IMG/VR virus record: IMGVR_UViG_3300010367_000170
DNA from: a virus
Lineage: Duplodnaviria > Heunggongvirae > Uroviricota > Caudoviricetes
Length of the DNA: 64,000 nucleotides
Strand: one strand, 5' to 3'
The notes under the pieces were generated by a model, which was not told where the DNA came from, ran no database searches, and saw only the letters and a list, made by a program, of their open reading frames with translations. A program made the translations under genes and the position numbers. Below are positions 40,229-49,770 of this stretch, in pieces (the stretch's first letter is position 1; each line of letters starts with the position of its first letter).

Positions 40229-43102
40229 CTAAAACGAGAACTGAACAGTGTCGAACACGGCAAGGGAGTCGTAGCTGGTGAGCCCTTCCCTGACCTCAGC
40301 TCCCGAGGGATAGCTGTTGAGGAGAGGACCCGTCAAAGTCAGGACGGCAGTGCTGTAACCGGCAGCCTGATCCTGAACGCCGCCAGTGTCGATAACCACA
40401 TACTCGGAGCCGCTGCCGCCAGCGACGTGGAGGAACTGACCGCCGGTGAGTTCCGAGCGGACAGGGTTGGTGGCCGCGTCCGGGAGTGCGTTGATGGTGA
40501 TCGTCGTGTTCCCGGCGGTAGCCGGAGAAGCCAGAGTTGTGACCAGAGCGGTGAACGTGGCGTACGGGGATGCGGCGGCTGGAGAGATTTGCAGATCAAC
40601 CTGCCACTTCCCGCTGTCGTTTCCGGCATGGCTGATCTGTTCGATGAACCCGTACATCGCGATCGTCGGCCGCACACCGAACTGGTCGCGCCGGTTGATC
40701 TGCACGTACTGACCCAGCTCGAAGGCCAGGACCAAAGGCCACAGAGCCGGGTTAACAGCCGCGTCAACCCTGAGGGTCTGGACCCTCATGTGCGGATCCT
40801 TGTACAGCGAAAGATAGAAGTACGCGGACTCCCGGACTTCTTCCTGGTCCGTGGACTGGTTGTTCCGGGTGAAGTTCCTCTTCCCGTAGCTTTGCTGACT
40901 GGTGGCGTCGTTGGCCGAGTACAACAACTTCGTGTCGGTGCTGGTCACTTCAACCGCGTTGGAGATACGCGTCGGGTCGAAGTCGAACGAGATGTCAACG
41001 TACGGGATCTCACCGGCCGCCTGGTTCTCCCCGAACACCCAGACAGGGGTGGAAGCCTGAAAGAACCGGCTCCGGTTCTGGAAGGTGACCGTTCCGTCGG
41101 CCGCGACGAAATGACGGCCGACTTCGGTGCTCACCACGTCGTTCAACGCGCTCAGAGCGTCTACGTCCGCAAGGTCGTTGGCGTACGTCAGAGAGGTGGT
41201 GTTACCGACGTCGAGGGAACTCGCTCCCTGATACCCTGCCCATCCCAGGATCCGTCTGTACCGGGCATCGGTGGACTCGCCACGGTAAGCCGTCATGAAC
41301 GAGGAACGCAGGTTCAACATCTGCGTGTTCGTCAGCAAAGAGTTCCACTGCGCGTACAGCGCTAGATCGCCAACGAAGGCAGGGTTGCCGGGGCTGGAGC
41401 TGACGGTACCGTCAAGCTTGAACATCTCCCCGCCGACGCTCTCATTCACAGCAAGCGTAGGGTGCAGGTCGAAGGAGCCGGTGACGCTGGTGGCCACCCC
41501 GCCGGAAAAGACGGTTACCGTTTTCCCGTCTGCCGACATCTGCACAAAGGCCAGGTGCCAGTTGTTGTCGTTCGTCGAGACGCTGCTGCTTACCGTCAGG
41601 GAATGCGTACCGGTGGCGTCGGTGAAGTAGGCCGAAACCCCTGAGGCGGGGCCACCGCCGATGGGCTGGAGACCGAAGTTCATCAGCGAGACGAAGCCGT
41701 AGTTGAGGGGGTTCAGGCCGGTGGAGTACGCAGCGAAGACCGCGCCCTGGCTACCGGAGGGAACAACGCTGCTTCGGAACGCGATCATCCGCGTCCAAGC
41801 CCCAGTCGTGGGAGCGCTCGTGATACCGGCCGCAGTCATATCGATCACCGTTCCCTGGAACGGCGTGGAGTTGTCGATCTGGACGACCGGCCCGTTGGTG
41901 CCGTAGAACTTCCCGCCCGGCAACGTAGCTGCCGTCACGTTCGCTCCGGCGGTCAAGGTGCCGGGACCGGCGGACGCCGAGTACACGCCAGCAGGAGGCG
42001 TCGAACCTGACTCCTCCTGGAACGTCTGCGTACCGGAAGTGACGGCAGCGTCGTTGAGCGGGAAGAACCACGCCGGTCCCGTAGCCAACACGTCCATGAT
42101 GAACGCTTCTTTGAGAGTCGTCTGCGACAGCAGAGCCATCACGTCCACGCTCACCGGCGCCGCCGTGCCGTAGGTGCCCCCGTAGTCCCAAGACTGCGGG
42201 TACCGCTCAATCAGGCCGCTGTACACCGCGTAGTTCTTGCCGGGCACCGTAAAGGAGGAGACCGCAGTGCTCTGCTCGAACTGCGAGCCGTCCATCTGGA
42301 ACGTCCACGGCGAAGCCGGTGGCGTTCCCTTGACGGCGACCGCGAGTTCGCAATACGCCGCCCCGGTCGGAACGGCATGGGCGACGCTGATCCTTGTCCA
42401 CGCCGCAGCGGGGTTGCCCGTGAGAACAACCGTGCTGCCGGTGTAGTCGTTGACGTAGTTGCCGTTGATGTCGTGGTACTTGACAGCCGCCGCGACGGAA
42501 GGGTTGATGCTGGACGTTGCGCAACGGACGTACGTAGACCAGGTGTAGGTCGGAGCGATCGAAGCCGTAGGCGACAGCACCGGCTGCAACAGGATCTTGA
42601 TGATGTAGAAGTTCACCGACGCCGAAGCGGGCACGGCCGACTGGAGAACCTGCGAACCCTGAAAAGCCGTGCCCGAAGAGGCGATCGTCAGAGTAGAGCC
42701 GACGATGTCGGTACCGATGTTCATCGCAGCGGGAATGGGCCCGGGTACGACTGGCGTGCCCTCGCCGCCAGTTGCCTGATCGGCCGTGACCAGGTTCACC
42801 GAAGACGGATACGCCGCCCGCATCCGGTAGCCCCGGAACGGCAGCAGGCCGGTAGCGTACGGGGACGTGCCGTTGGTGGGGTCCAGAGCGCCGTCGGAGT
42901 TGATCCATTCGCCGTGGAACTCGCCAGGCTGGACCTGGTCGAGTTCGAACTGCTTCCCTCTCCTGACCGTCCAGTCCCTGAACAGGCGCGGGCTCAGGTC
43001 CGTGTACATCAAAGATGCGCTGGGAGCGTAGAACGGGTTGTTGCCGAAGTTGCCCTCAGAGAACAGGTTGGGCCAGTTCGGGTTTGGTGCGTCCGGAGCC
43101 AT
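40229..43102 (-). CDS. Large minor tail protein (957 aa; distal tail/tip-type)
   Basis: GGGAGG then ATG. Gly/Ser/Thr-rich. Immediately downstream of the tape measure gene. Confidence 0.8.
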   Translation of the reverse strand: MAPDAPNPNWPNLFSEGNFGNNPFYAPSASLMYTDLSPRLFRDWTVRRGKQFELDQVQPGEFHGEWINSDGALDPTNGTSPYATGLLPFRGYRMRAAYPSSVNLVTADQATGGEGTPVVPGPIPAAMNIGTDIVGSTLTIASSGTAFQGSQVLQSAVPASASVNFYIIKILLQPVLSPTASIAPTYTWSTYVRCATSSINPSVAAAVKYHDINGNYVNDYTGSTVVLTGNPAAAWTRISVAHAVPTGAAYCELAVAVKGTPPASPWTFQMDGSQFEQSTAVSSFTVPGKNYAVYSGLIERYPQSWDYGGTYGTAAPVSVDVMALLSQTTLKEAFIMDVLATGPAWFFPLNDAAVTSGTQTFQEESGSTPPAGVYSASAGPGTLTAGANVTAATLPGGKFYGTNGPVVQIDNSTPFQGTVIDMTAAGITSAPTTGAWTRMIAFRSSVVPSGSQGAVFAAYSTGLNPLNYGFVSLMNFGLQPIGGGPASGVSAYFTDATGTHSLTVSSSVSTNDNNWHLAFVQMSADGKTVTVFSGGVATSVTGSFDLHPTLAVNESVGGEMFKLDGTVSSSPGNPAFVGDLALYAQWNSLLTNTQMLNLRSSFMTAYRGESTDARYRRILGWAGYQGASSLDVGNTTSLTYANDLADVDALSALNDVVSTEVGRHFVAADGTVTFQNRSRFFQASTPVWVFGENQAAGEIPYVDISFDFDPTRISNAVEVTSTDTKLLYSANDATSQQSYGKRNFTRNNQSTDQEEVRESAYFYLSLYKDPHMRVQTLRVDAAVNPALWPLVLAFELGQYVQINRRDQFGVRPTIAMYGFIEQISHAGNDSGKWQVDLQISPAAASPYATFTALVTTLASPATAGNTTITINALPDAATNPVRSELTGGQFLHVAGGSGSEYVVIDTGGVQDQAAGYSTAVLTLTGPLLNSYPSGAEVREGLTSYDSLAVFDTVQFSF

Positions 43103-43111
43103 GAGACCTCC

Positions 43112-46100
43112 CTACCGCTTGTACGGGGTGTACGACGTCGAGTAGCGGGCACCCAGCTGGAGCATCTGCGTCTGCACGAGGTCACGGAGGTCTCGTTCCG
43201 CTACGACGCTGCCCTGAACGTTGATCACGATTGTCGGACCGGCGCCGACGGTCAAACCGCCGGAGCCGCTCGGAGAGACACCGTAACCGCGCTGCTCATC
43301 CAGAGACACCACATACTCGCCGCCGTGCACGACAGCCAGCTGAGGGGCGCCCCTGGGGCCACTGACAAGTCCGCCGGTGTCGTACGAAGGCAGAGGATGG
43401 CCACCGCCCGAACCCTTGGGTGGCTTGACGACCACATCTCCAGCGTCTTTCTCCAGATCCAGCAGACGCCGCAGCTTCCCGTTCAACGTGTCCACGTTGG
43501 AACTGGCCTTGGAGGTGTCGGCGGTGATAGCGGTGTCAACGCCCTTGGGAATGATGTTCAGCTGATCGATGTAGTCCTTAATGGCTTTCCGGGTCTTGTC
43601 CGACGTCGTCGCCTGGTTCTCGAACTGGGTGATCTGGTCCTTCAGCTTCTTGGTCGCCTCCTCCACCGAGACGTTGTTCGTGATGTTGGCGTTGTAGTTG
43701 TCGATCATCGCCTGCACCGCGCCACGGATAGCGTCACGGTTGCTGATAGCGGCGTCGGAGTCTCCCTTGATAGCGGCACCGTTGTCGTGGAGAGCCTTGG
43801 TGGCATCCTTGATGCTCTTCTTGAACTCGTCCAACGATCGGTCCGCGTTCAAGCCCGCCGACATGTCCTGCTGCTTCTGCATAGCGTTGGTGACAGAATC
43901 CGCCAAACCGTTCATGGCGCTGGCGGTGTCGTTCAAGGCAGGCTGCTGACTGTTCAGAGCAGCGGTAGTGGAGTCGGTGGAGGCGATACCCAACGCCTGA
44001 TCGGCCTGCATCTTGTCCAACGCGGCGAAGTACTGCGGGAAGTCCCGCGCCGTGTTGATCAGGGCATTGCCGTGTTCGTCGGTAACGGAGGCGATCTCGG
44101 CCATCAGGTCCTTAGCGCGGGCCAGCTGGCCGTTCTGCGCGAGGCTCGCCAAACCCCCGTCATACGCCGCCAAGGACTCCTTGGCCTTACCCGTGACCTG
44201 GTTGACCTTGCCCAGTTCGACTCCGAGCTGAGCCATCGGTTCGACGTTCCTCACGGACGACTCCGCAAGATAGTCGAACGAACGCTTCAGGTTGATGACC
44301 TCGGTGCCCTCGAACTTGGTGTTGACCGCCAACTTCCCGGCCAAAGCCTGATTCAACACGCCCAAGTCTTCAGCGGCGTGACCAAACGCCATGCTCGCGT
44401 TCTTGGTGTTGTCCTTCGACCGGATCATGGCCGAGGTGAACTGATCCACGCTCGCCGTCGCCGCAGCAGCCTTGTCGCCGCTGCTGGAAAACGCGGAACT
44501 CAACAACGTCACACCGATAGCCGCCGTGCCGATCAAAGGAACAGCGGCGCCCAGCTTGCCCATGAAGCCGCCCAGGCCCCGAGCGCCCGTAACGCCAGCC
44601 GTCTCCTCCTGAAGGGTCAGCTGCTCCTTGCCGAGGTTCCTCACGGAGTCGGCGGCATACGCCGCTTTCAGCCTCAGCGTGTCGAACACTCCTCCGGCGG
44701 CGATGGTCTTGCTGAGGGTCTGGAACATGTTCAAAACAGTGCCCAGGCCAGCCATTAGGCTGGTGAAGACCTCCAACGCTTTCAAAACGATCAAGCGACC
44801 GATCAAAGCGGGCAGAATGATCTCAGCGAGGAGCTTGATAGTGCTGGAGTTGTCCCTGAAGAAGCCTGTCACGGCGACAATCGCTGGACCGACTACGTGC
44901 GCAAGGACTTCCCCGACACCCTTGAACGCCATCAGGAACCCGCTGGAGACGAACCCTGCGATCGGCTGAAGCGTTTCCCACAGGTTCCGAGCGCCTTCCC
45001 ACACGTCCTTCAAAGTGGTGACGAAGTTGTGAAAGAACTTGGCGACGGCATCCTCAGCTTCGTGAAGCTGCGGGCTGTCCAAGGCGCTGCGGATCTTCTC
45101 GCCCAACTCGCGCAGGATAGGAGCGCCGGTACGAGACACGTAGTCCATGAAGTCCATCAACTTCGGCAACAACACGGTGCCGATCCTGATGGCCATGGTG
45201 TCCAGCGTTTCCTTGACCTGCGAGATACGGAAGTTGAAGCCCTGGGTGATGGTCCCCCAGGTCTCAATGTGGTCACCGGCGCTTTTGGCTCCCTCGGCAA
45301 CCGACTTCTCGTTGGCGGCGAACGTCGCCAGGTTCAATCCGCCGATCTGCAAAGCGGTGTTGGTGTCCACCGTGTCGCCCAAGATCTTCCGCAGCGAACC
45401 GGCGAACGTGTCCGCTCCGGGAACGCCGTTACGCAACGACTGGTTGAAGCTGGTGGAGTTCTTGTACAGGGTCAAGAACTCCGTCGCCATCGCCTTGATC
45501 TTCGGCGGCATGTCGTTCGTAGCCGACGCGAAGTCCTTGGACGAGATGGCGTTCGCTTCCACCTTCTTTGCCAGCTCCAACAACTGAGGCGGCATGTTAG
45601 CCATCATCTGGTTGAGGTCCCGGGCAGCGGTCTTTGACGTGTTGAACGTGTTCTGAAGCGACATGAAGTTCGGACCCATATGGTCCAAAATCGCCTTGTC
45701 AACCAAGCCCATCGTGCCCAACAAACCGCGTTCGCCCAAGTGGGTCTTCAAGTCCTCCGTGGACAAACCGAACGTGGCCATCGCCTTCACGGCAACAGCG
45801 TTCGGAGACTGCAACGACGCAATCGTATGACCCAACATCTGGGCCGCGTTCTGCGCCGTCGTACCGGCAACGGTCATGGTGGCTTCGGCTGCGGCGACGT
45901 CCTGGAACGAAATACCGGCCGACCGCGCCTGAGGCAGAACAGAACTCAAAGACCCGGCGAAGTCCTCCATGGACATCTTGCCCGCCGCCACAGCCTTGAT
46001 CATCATGTTCATCATCGGCACGGAATAGTCCGCACCCTTACCCATGTCGTGCAAGGCGGTAGTCAGAGCGTCAGCGACAGTCTTGACCTCAGCGCCTTCA

Positions 46101-46537
46101 GCGCGGGCACCCTCAGCCGCGATCTGCATGACCTTCAAACCGGCAGCGCCGTGGAAACCCGCAGACTCCACGTAGTACATGCCGTTGGCCAGCTCTTTGG
46201 TGGAAGTACCAGTTGCGGTGGCGATCTTCAACAGCCCGTCGGAGACCTGGGCGATAGGGCCGGTCAACTTGCCGTTGATAGCCGATCCGGTTTCGCCAGC
46301 CGACGTCACCAACTTGATCATCGAGGCTTGCCAGTCCCCGGCCATCTTCACCGAAACGGCAGCGATACCCACACCGGCCAGTCCGACAACCTTGCCAGCC
46401 TTCAGGATCGTCTCGCCGATCTTCTCTGTCTTGGAGGTGAACCCTTCCGCCTCCGCGCCAGCCTTAGACAAGCCCTCAGTGAAACTCTGGGAAAACAGCC
46501 CCAGCTTGATGAAAAGATCAGCAACCTCGGATGCCAC
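43112..46537 (-). CDS. Tail tape measure protein (1141 aa)
   Basis: TAGGAGGCGTCG then GTG. Long alpha-helical Ala/Gly-rich ORF in canonical position. Confidence 0.9.
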   Translation of the reverse strand: MASEVADLFIKLGLFSQSFTEGLSKAGAEAEGFTSKTEKIGETILKAGKVVGLAGVGIAAVSVKMAGDWQASMIKLVTSAGETGSAINGKLTGPIAQVSDGLLKIATATGTSTKELANGMYYVESAGFHGAAGLKVMQIAAEGARAEGAEVKTVADALTTALHDMGKGADYSVPMMNMMIKAVAAGKMSMEDFAGSLSSVLPQARSAGISFQDVAAAEATMTVAGTTAQNAAQMLGHTIASLQSPNAVAVKAMATFGLSTEDLKTHLGERGLLGTMGLVDKAILDHMGPNFMSLQNTFNTSKTAARDLNQMMANMPPQLLELAKKVEANAISSKDFASATNDMPPKIKAMATEFLTLYKNSTSFNQSLRNGVPGADTFAGSLRKILGDTVDTNTALQIGGLNLATFAANEKSVAEGAKSAGDHIETWGTITQGFNFRISQVKETLDTMAIRIGTVLLPKLMDFMDYVSRTGAPILRELGEKIRSALDSPQLHEAEDAVAKFFHNFVTTLKDVWEGARNLWETLQPIAGFVSSGFLMAFKGVGEVLAHVVGPAIVAVTGFFRDNSSTIKLLAEIILPALIGRLIVLKALEVFTSLMAGLGTVLNMFQTLSKTIAAGGVFDTLRLKAAYAADSVRNLGKEQLTLQEETAGVTGARGLGGFMGKLGAAVPLIGTAAIGVTLLSSAFSSSGDKAAAATASVDQFTSAMIRSKDNTKNASMAFGHAAEDLGVLNQALAGKLAVNTKFEGTEVINLKRSFDYLAESSVRNVEPMAQLGVELGKVNQVTGKAKESLAAYDGGLASLAQNGQLARAKDLMAEIASVTDEHGNALINTARDFPQYFAALDKMQADQALGIASTDSTTAALNSQQPALNDTASAMNGLADSVTNAMQKQQDMSAGLNADRSLDEFKKSIKDATKALHDNGAAIKGDSDAAISNRDAIRGAVQAMIDNYNANITNNVSVEEATKKLKDQITQFENQATTSDKTRKAIKDYIDQLNIIPKGVDTAITADTSKASSNVDTLNGKLRRLLDLEKDAGDVVVKPPKGSGGGHPLPSYDTGGLVSGPRGAPQLAVVHGGEYVVSLDEQRGYGVSPSGSGGLTVGAGPTIVINVQGSVVAERDLRDLVQTQMLQLGARYSTSYTPYKR

Positions 46538-46546
46538 CGACGCCTC

Positions 46547-47023
46547 CTAGATGATGACGCGCCAGCCCCTGCCGAACGCTTCCCGATAAATCAGCTGGGC
46601 CGGAACCCCCATAGCGAACTTGAACGCGGGCATCAGGAACGGATATTTGGCTCCATTACGCAAACCGGTCTTCTCCAAATGCATTGCGTACTCGCTCGCC
46701 GGAGTTCTGCTTCTGGTGCCGCCGTACGACGGATAGAAACCGACGCCCATGCCGACGAAACAAGAGAACTCGTCACCGGAGAACTTCACCGGCGTGTGCG
46801 CGATAGCGCGCCGCAACGTACCGGAGATCACAGCCGGACCGGTCCCGGGACGCGCCGGAGTCCGGGTGCCGTACTTGTGAGCCCCCGAACTGGCGTTGAT
46901 CTTGGCTTGCTTCTCCACAACCAACGCCAGATCCTCCAAAGCCTTCCTGGCTCGGAGCTTCGTCTCATTGTCCAGGCCGATGAAAATCCTTGCGAACGTC
47001 CCCTGATGAAGCTCCGTAGCCAC
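46547..47023 (-). CDS. HK97 gp10-family-like (tail completion/neck type) protein (158 aa)
   Basis: C-terminal GAKYPFLMPAF motif typical of the gp10 family. GTG start. Confidence 0.55.
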   Translation of the reverse strand: MATELHQGTFARIFIGLDNETKLRARKALEDLALVVEKQAKINASSGAHKYGTRTPARPGTGPAVISGTLRRAIAHTPVKFSGDEFSCFVGMGVGFYPSYGGTRSRTPASEYAMHLEKTGLRNGAKYPFLMPAFKFAMGVPAQLIYREAFGRGWRVII

Positions 47024-47032
47024 AGCGCACCC

Positions 47033-47655
47033 CTACCTCTTCACTCTCGTAACCCCTGGAGCGCCCCGAACCGTCATCTGCTTCTCGTGATCGCCGCGCT
47101 GGATACGCCGACGCCGCATGATGAAATCCCAGCAGAACTGGCGCACAAACAGAGGGGTCTCCTCGTAGTCGCGCCACGTCCAGTGCATCTCCTGCATCAG
47201 CTCGAAGCACATCCACTCCTCCGGAGCAGCCCCGGATCCCCACGTCCCGTCAAGAATGGACTCGACGTCTATCAGGACGTCGGAGAATCCGGGGTCTTCG
47301 TAGGGGAGTCACCCACCTTGCCCAGCTCTTCAGCGATAGCGGTGTTCACGACCAACGGCAGACGGGCCACCTTGTCCGCCGTCATAGGCATCGTCAACAT
47401 GCCCTGGTCTTCGTTCGGGTCGTCCGCGTCGTACATGCGGATATCGGTGATAAGCCGCGCCAGACGCTCGTACCCTTCCTGCGTCGCCGCCTCCTCGTTC
47501 ACCGGCACCCCGTTGGCGTTGGTACCAATCCGGGACCGCAGCCAGTCCAAAGGAACCAGCTTGGGGTTGCGGAACGTGACGTACAGCTCGACGTCTCCCG
47601 GTTCCGTCAACTCGGGGAACTTGATGGTGATGAACCGGTCCTTCAAACCAGCCAT
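47033..47655 (-). other. Predicted G-T tail assembly chaperone fusion via programmed -1 ribosomal frameshift
   Basis: The -1 frame is open from about 47308 to TAG at 47035-47033. It encodes aromatic-rich ..DVLIDVESILDGTWGSGAAPEEWMCFELMQEMHWTWRDYEETPLFVRQFCWDFIM.., which is gpT-like. No canonical XXXYYYZ heptamer is seen in 47274-47308. Confidence 0.45.
47272..47655 (-). CDS. Tail assembly chaperone (gpG-like, 127 aa)
   Basis: GGGAGGCGTCC then ATG 47655. Acidic. Immediately upstream of the -1 frame extension. Confidence 0.65.
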   Translation of the reverse strand: MAGLKDRFITIKFPELTEPGDVELYVTFRNPKLVPLDWLRSRIGTNANGVPVNEEAATQEGYERLARLITDIRMYDADDPNEDQGMLTMPMTADKVARLPLVVNTAIAEELGKVGDSPTKTPDSPTS

Positions 47656-47696
47656 GGACGCCTCCCGGTCTGTTTCAGTGGTGACAAGCCAATGAA

Positions 47697-47759
47697 AACC
47701 CCCCAGAGCTTCAAGGTTCAAGCTCCTAATTGTCAGAACTTGCCTAGCTCTGGGGGGTT
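47697..47759. terminator. Hairpin AACCCCCCAGAGC ... GCTCTGGGGGGTT (13-bp stem, internal sub-hairpin) after the major tail protein gene
   Basis: Sits between the MTP stop (47801) and the chaperone start (47655). Confidence 0.5.
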
Positions 47760-47800
47760 GACGCCCGCTGTAACGGCAACGCACAGCCTAAACCGCAGGT

Positions 47801-48982
47801 CTAATACGCCGTCGAAACGAAGTTAGTGACCGTCGCAGCAACAGCCCCACCGTCCGTGGAGTTGTAGATCCCCGACAACGAGAAGTCCGCCGTCACGTAC
47901 ACAGACGACAAGTCCACCTTGCCCTTGTACCAACCCGACTTGTTCGTGGTCAACGTAATCACCGACCCCCCGGAAGTCACCGGCTGCGTGATCGTCGCCA
48001 CCGCAGGAAGCTGCGTGTAGTTCAGATACAAGTTGAGGTCGGTGTCGTTCTCGAAGATGGCCTTGTAAGTGCCGTCCGCCTCCAAGGCGCCCTGGAACAC
48101 CTCACGCGGCTGCTGAACGCCGTTGGAGGCGTGGATAGCCTCAGCGACCCTCTTGACCGTCAGGTCGTACGTCAGACCGCGCGTAGACGAACCACCCGCA
48201 TTAGTCATCGTCCACTGCCAACCCAAACCCGGGATGACAGAGCTGAACGAAGGCGTCGGGTTCGGCGTCTGCTCCGCCGACAACCAGCCCGTGTACTTCA
48301 CCGAGAACGTCATCACGGCCTTGGGATCGATCTTGATGGAGCACTCGGAGATCTTAGAACCCGGGAAACCCCGCACAGCAGTACCCAAAGCGTTCGTCGC
48401 CACGTCGTACTTCGTCAACGACCACGACGTCTGAGCCGCCGTGGGGTTCTGCTTGAACGAATGCGTGGACTGCGACGTCACCGAACCGCCAGCAGCGGTG
48501 TGGTTGAACTGCAACCCGGTCGCCGGAGTAGTGATCGGAGCCGAGTAAGGGCCGGAGCCGGTAACAGTACCGACCTGAACATACTCAGTGTTGACGCCGC
48601 CCGAGTCCTGAATACGCAGGATGCTGTTGTTCGGAACCGTAGCGGTCAACGAGACCGAGCTGGCGCCAGCCACCGCGTTCGAGTTCAAGACCGTAGACAC
48701 GCCGGTCGTGGTGACGGTGTCCGGGCCAACGATGCCCCGCAGCAAGTACGGGATAGCGTCCGGGTAGGCCATCACGTCAACAGAGAACGAAGACTCCCCC
48801 GGACCCTGATACATGCCCTGAAGAACCGTGTCGTTGTTGCGGTACGACTCATCCCGCAACTCCGTGTACATGTCCTCAGCGTCGATCTTCGTGCAAGGGA
48901 TGTAGAACGCCGGAACAACGTACGTGCCCTGCGTGGTCTCCTTGGCGATACCCACATATCCAAGTTTCGCAAGAGAAGTCAC
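47801..48982 (-). CDS. Major tail protein (393 aa)
   Basis: GAAGGAAGGTGAG then GTG. Thr/Ser/Gly-rich beta protein upstream of the chaperones. Confidence 0.8.
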   Translation of the reverse strand: MTSLAKLGYVGIAKETTQGTYVVPAFYIPCTKIDAEDMYTELRDESYRNNDTVLQGMYQGPGESSFSVDVMAYPDAIPYLLRGIVGPDTVTTTGVSTVLNSNAVAGASSVSLTATVPNNSILRIQDSGGVNTEYVQVGTVTGSGPYSAPITTPATGLQFNHTAAGGSVTSQSTHSFKQNPTAAQTSWSLTKYDVATNALGTAVRGFPGSKISECSIKIDPKAVMTFSVKYTGWLSAEQTPNPTPSFSSVIPGLGWQWTMTNAGGSSTRGLTYDLTVKRVAEAIHASNGVQQPREVFQGALEADGTYKAIFENDTDLNLYLNYTQLPAVATITQPVTSGGSVITLTTNKSGWYKGKVDLSSVYVTADFSLSGIYNSTDGGAVAATVTNFVSTAY

Positions 48983-49206
48983 TGCTGCTCACCTTCCTTC
49001 ATGTCGGCCACCGCAGCGGCGTCCTTGCGCTTCGTCTTAGGCTCCGACGGAGCCGGAACGTCCTCCAAGACGGTGAACCCGCCAAGAAGAGTGGGAAAAT
49101 CAATCTCCTCGCCAACGCCTACCTTGCGGCGAGGTTCGGAGGGATCGTCCGGGCTAGGCCAAACCATCAGGTCCTGCTCATAGCCGGTGTCGTTGCGTTG
49201 CCGCAC
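48979..49206 (-). CDS. Small acidic virion-module protein (75 aa)
   Basis: AGGAGACAACA then GTG. Stop overlaps the MTP start (GTGA). Confidence 0.5.
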   Translation of the reverse strand: MRQRNDTGYEQDLMVWPSPDDPSEPRRKVGVGEEIDFPTLLGGFTVLEDVPAPSEPKTKRKDAAAVADMKEGEQQ

Positions 49207-49215
49207 TGTTGTCTC

Positions 49216-49761
49216 CTAGTCGGTGAAGTCGCGGTCATCAATCGAATACGTGACAGAAGCCTGAAAGTCCACAGCCGACGTGATCGTGGACTCCGGGTCC
49301 GTGTATTCCACCTGGATCCCCGCCCGAGTACCGGTGACGTCCGACCCCTCAGCCGCTTGGAGGAACGCCCCGCCGTGGGTCTTGTCAGCACCGCCCGGCT
49401 GGTTCATGCCGATACCGCGAATCCTCAACAAAAGCATGTTGATGGCGACGTCAAAAGCCCTCTGGTCCTGTTCAGCGTTTCCCTGGCCGTTAGACAAAGG
49501 CCAACGCAGCCTCAAGGACATCTCGTAGGCCGCGATGGTGCGGTTGAACCCGAAACGCTCCACGCGGACGTTGGACCGCACCACATAGATCTGGGTCTTC
49601 CGGTTAGCAGGCGTACGCGGCACATACGCCTGCACGATGTCCCAAGGACCGCCGTCCGCCGCCATCAAAGACGGCAAACCGTCGGCCGTCGTTCCCGGCA
49701 GCGAAAGCCACAAAGCCTCCCGGTCGCAGGCATCCGCCGACGTGCGGAACGTTCCAGGCAT
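49216..49761 (-). CDS. Head-tail joining / tail terminator-type protein (181 aa), by position
   Basis: GGGAGG 4 nt before ATG. Confidence 0.6.
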   Translation of the reverse strand: MPGTFRTSADACDREALWLSLPGTTADGLPSLMAADGGPWDIVQAYVPRTPANRKTQIYVVRSNVRVERFGFNRTIAAYEMSLRLRWPLSNGQGNAEQDQRAFDVAINMLLLRIRGIGMNQPGGADKTHGGAFLQAAEGSDVTGTRAGIQVEYTDPESTITSAVDFQASVTYSIDDRDFTD

Positions 49762-49770
49762 CCGACCTCC

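Noticed and set aside
40187-47695. Long plus ORFs 40187..41365, 42377..44758 (793 aa) and 45680..47695 (671 aa) opposite the tail genes
   Set aside because: Antisense to minor tail, tape measure and chaperone genes. Extreme R/G/V/H composition.
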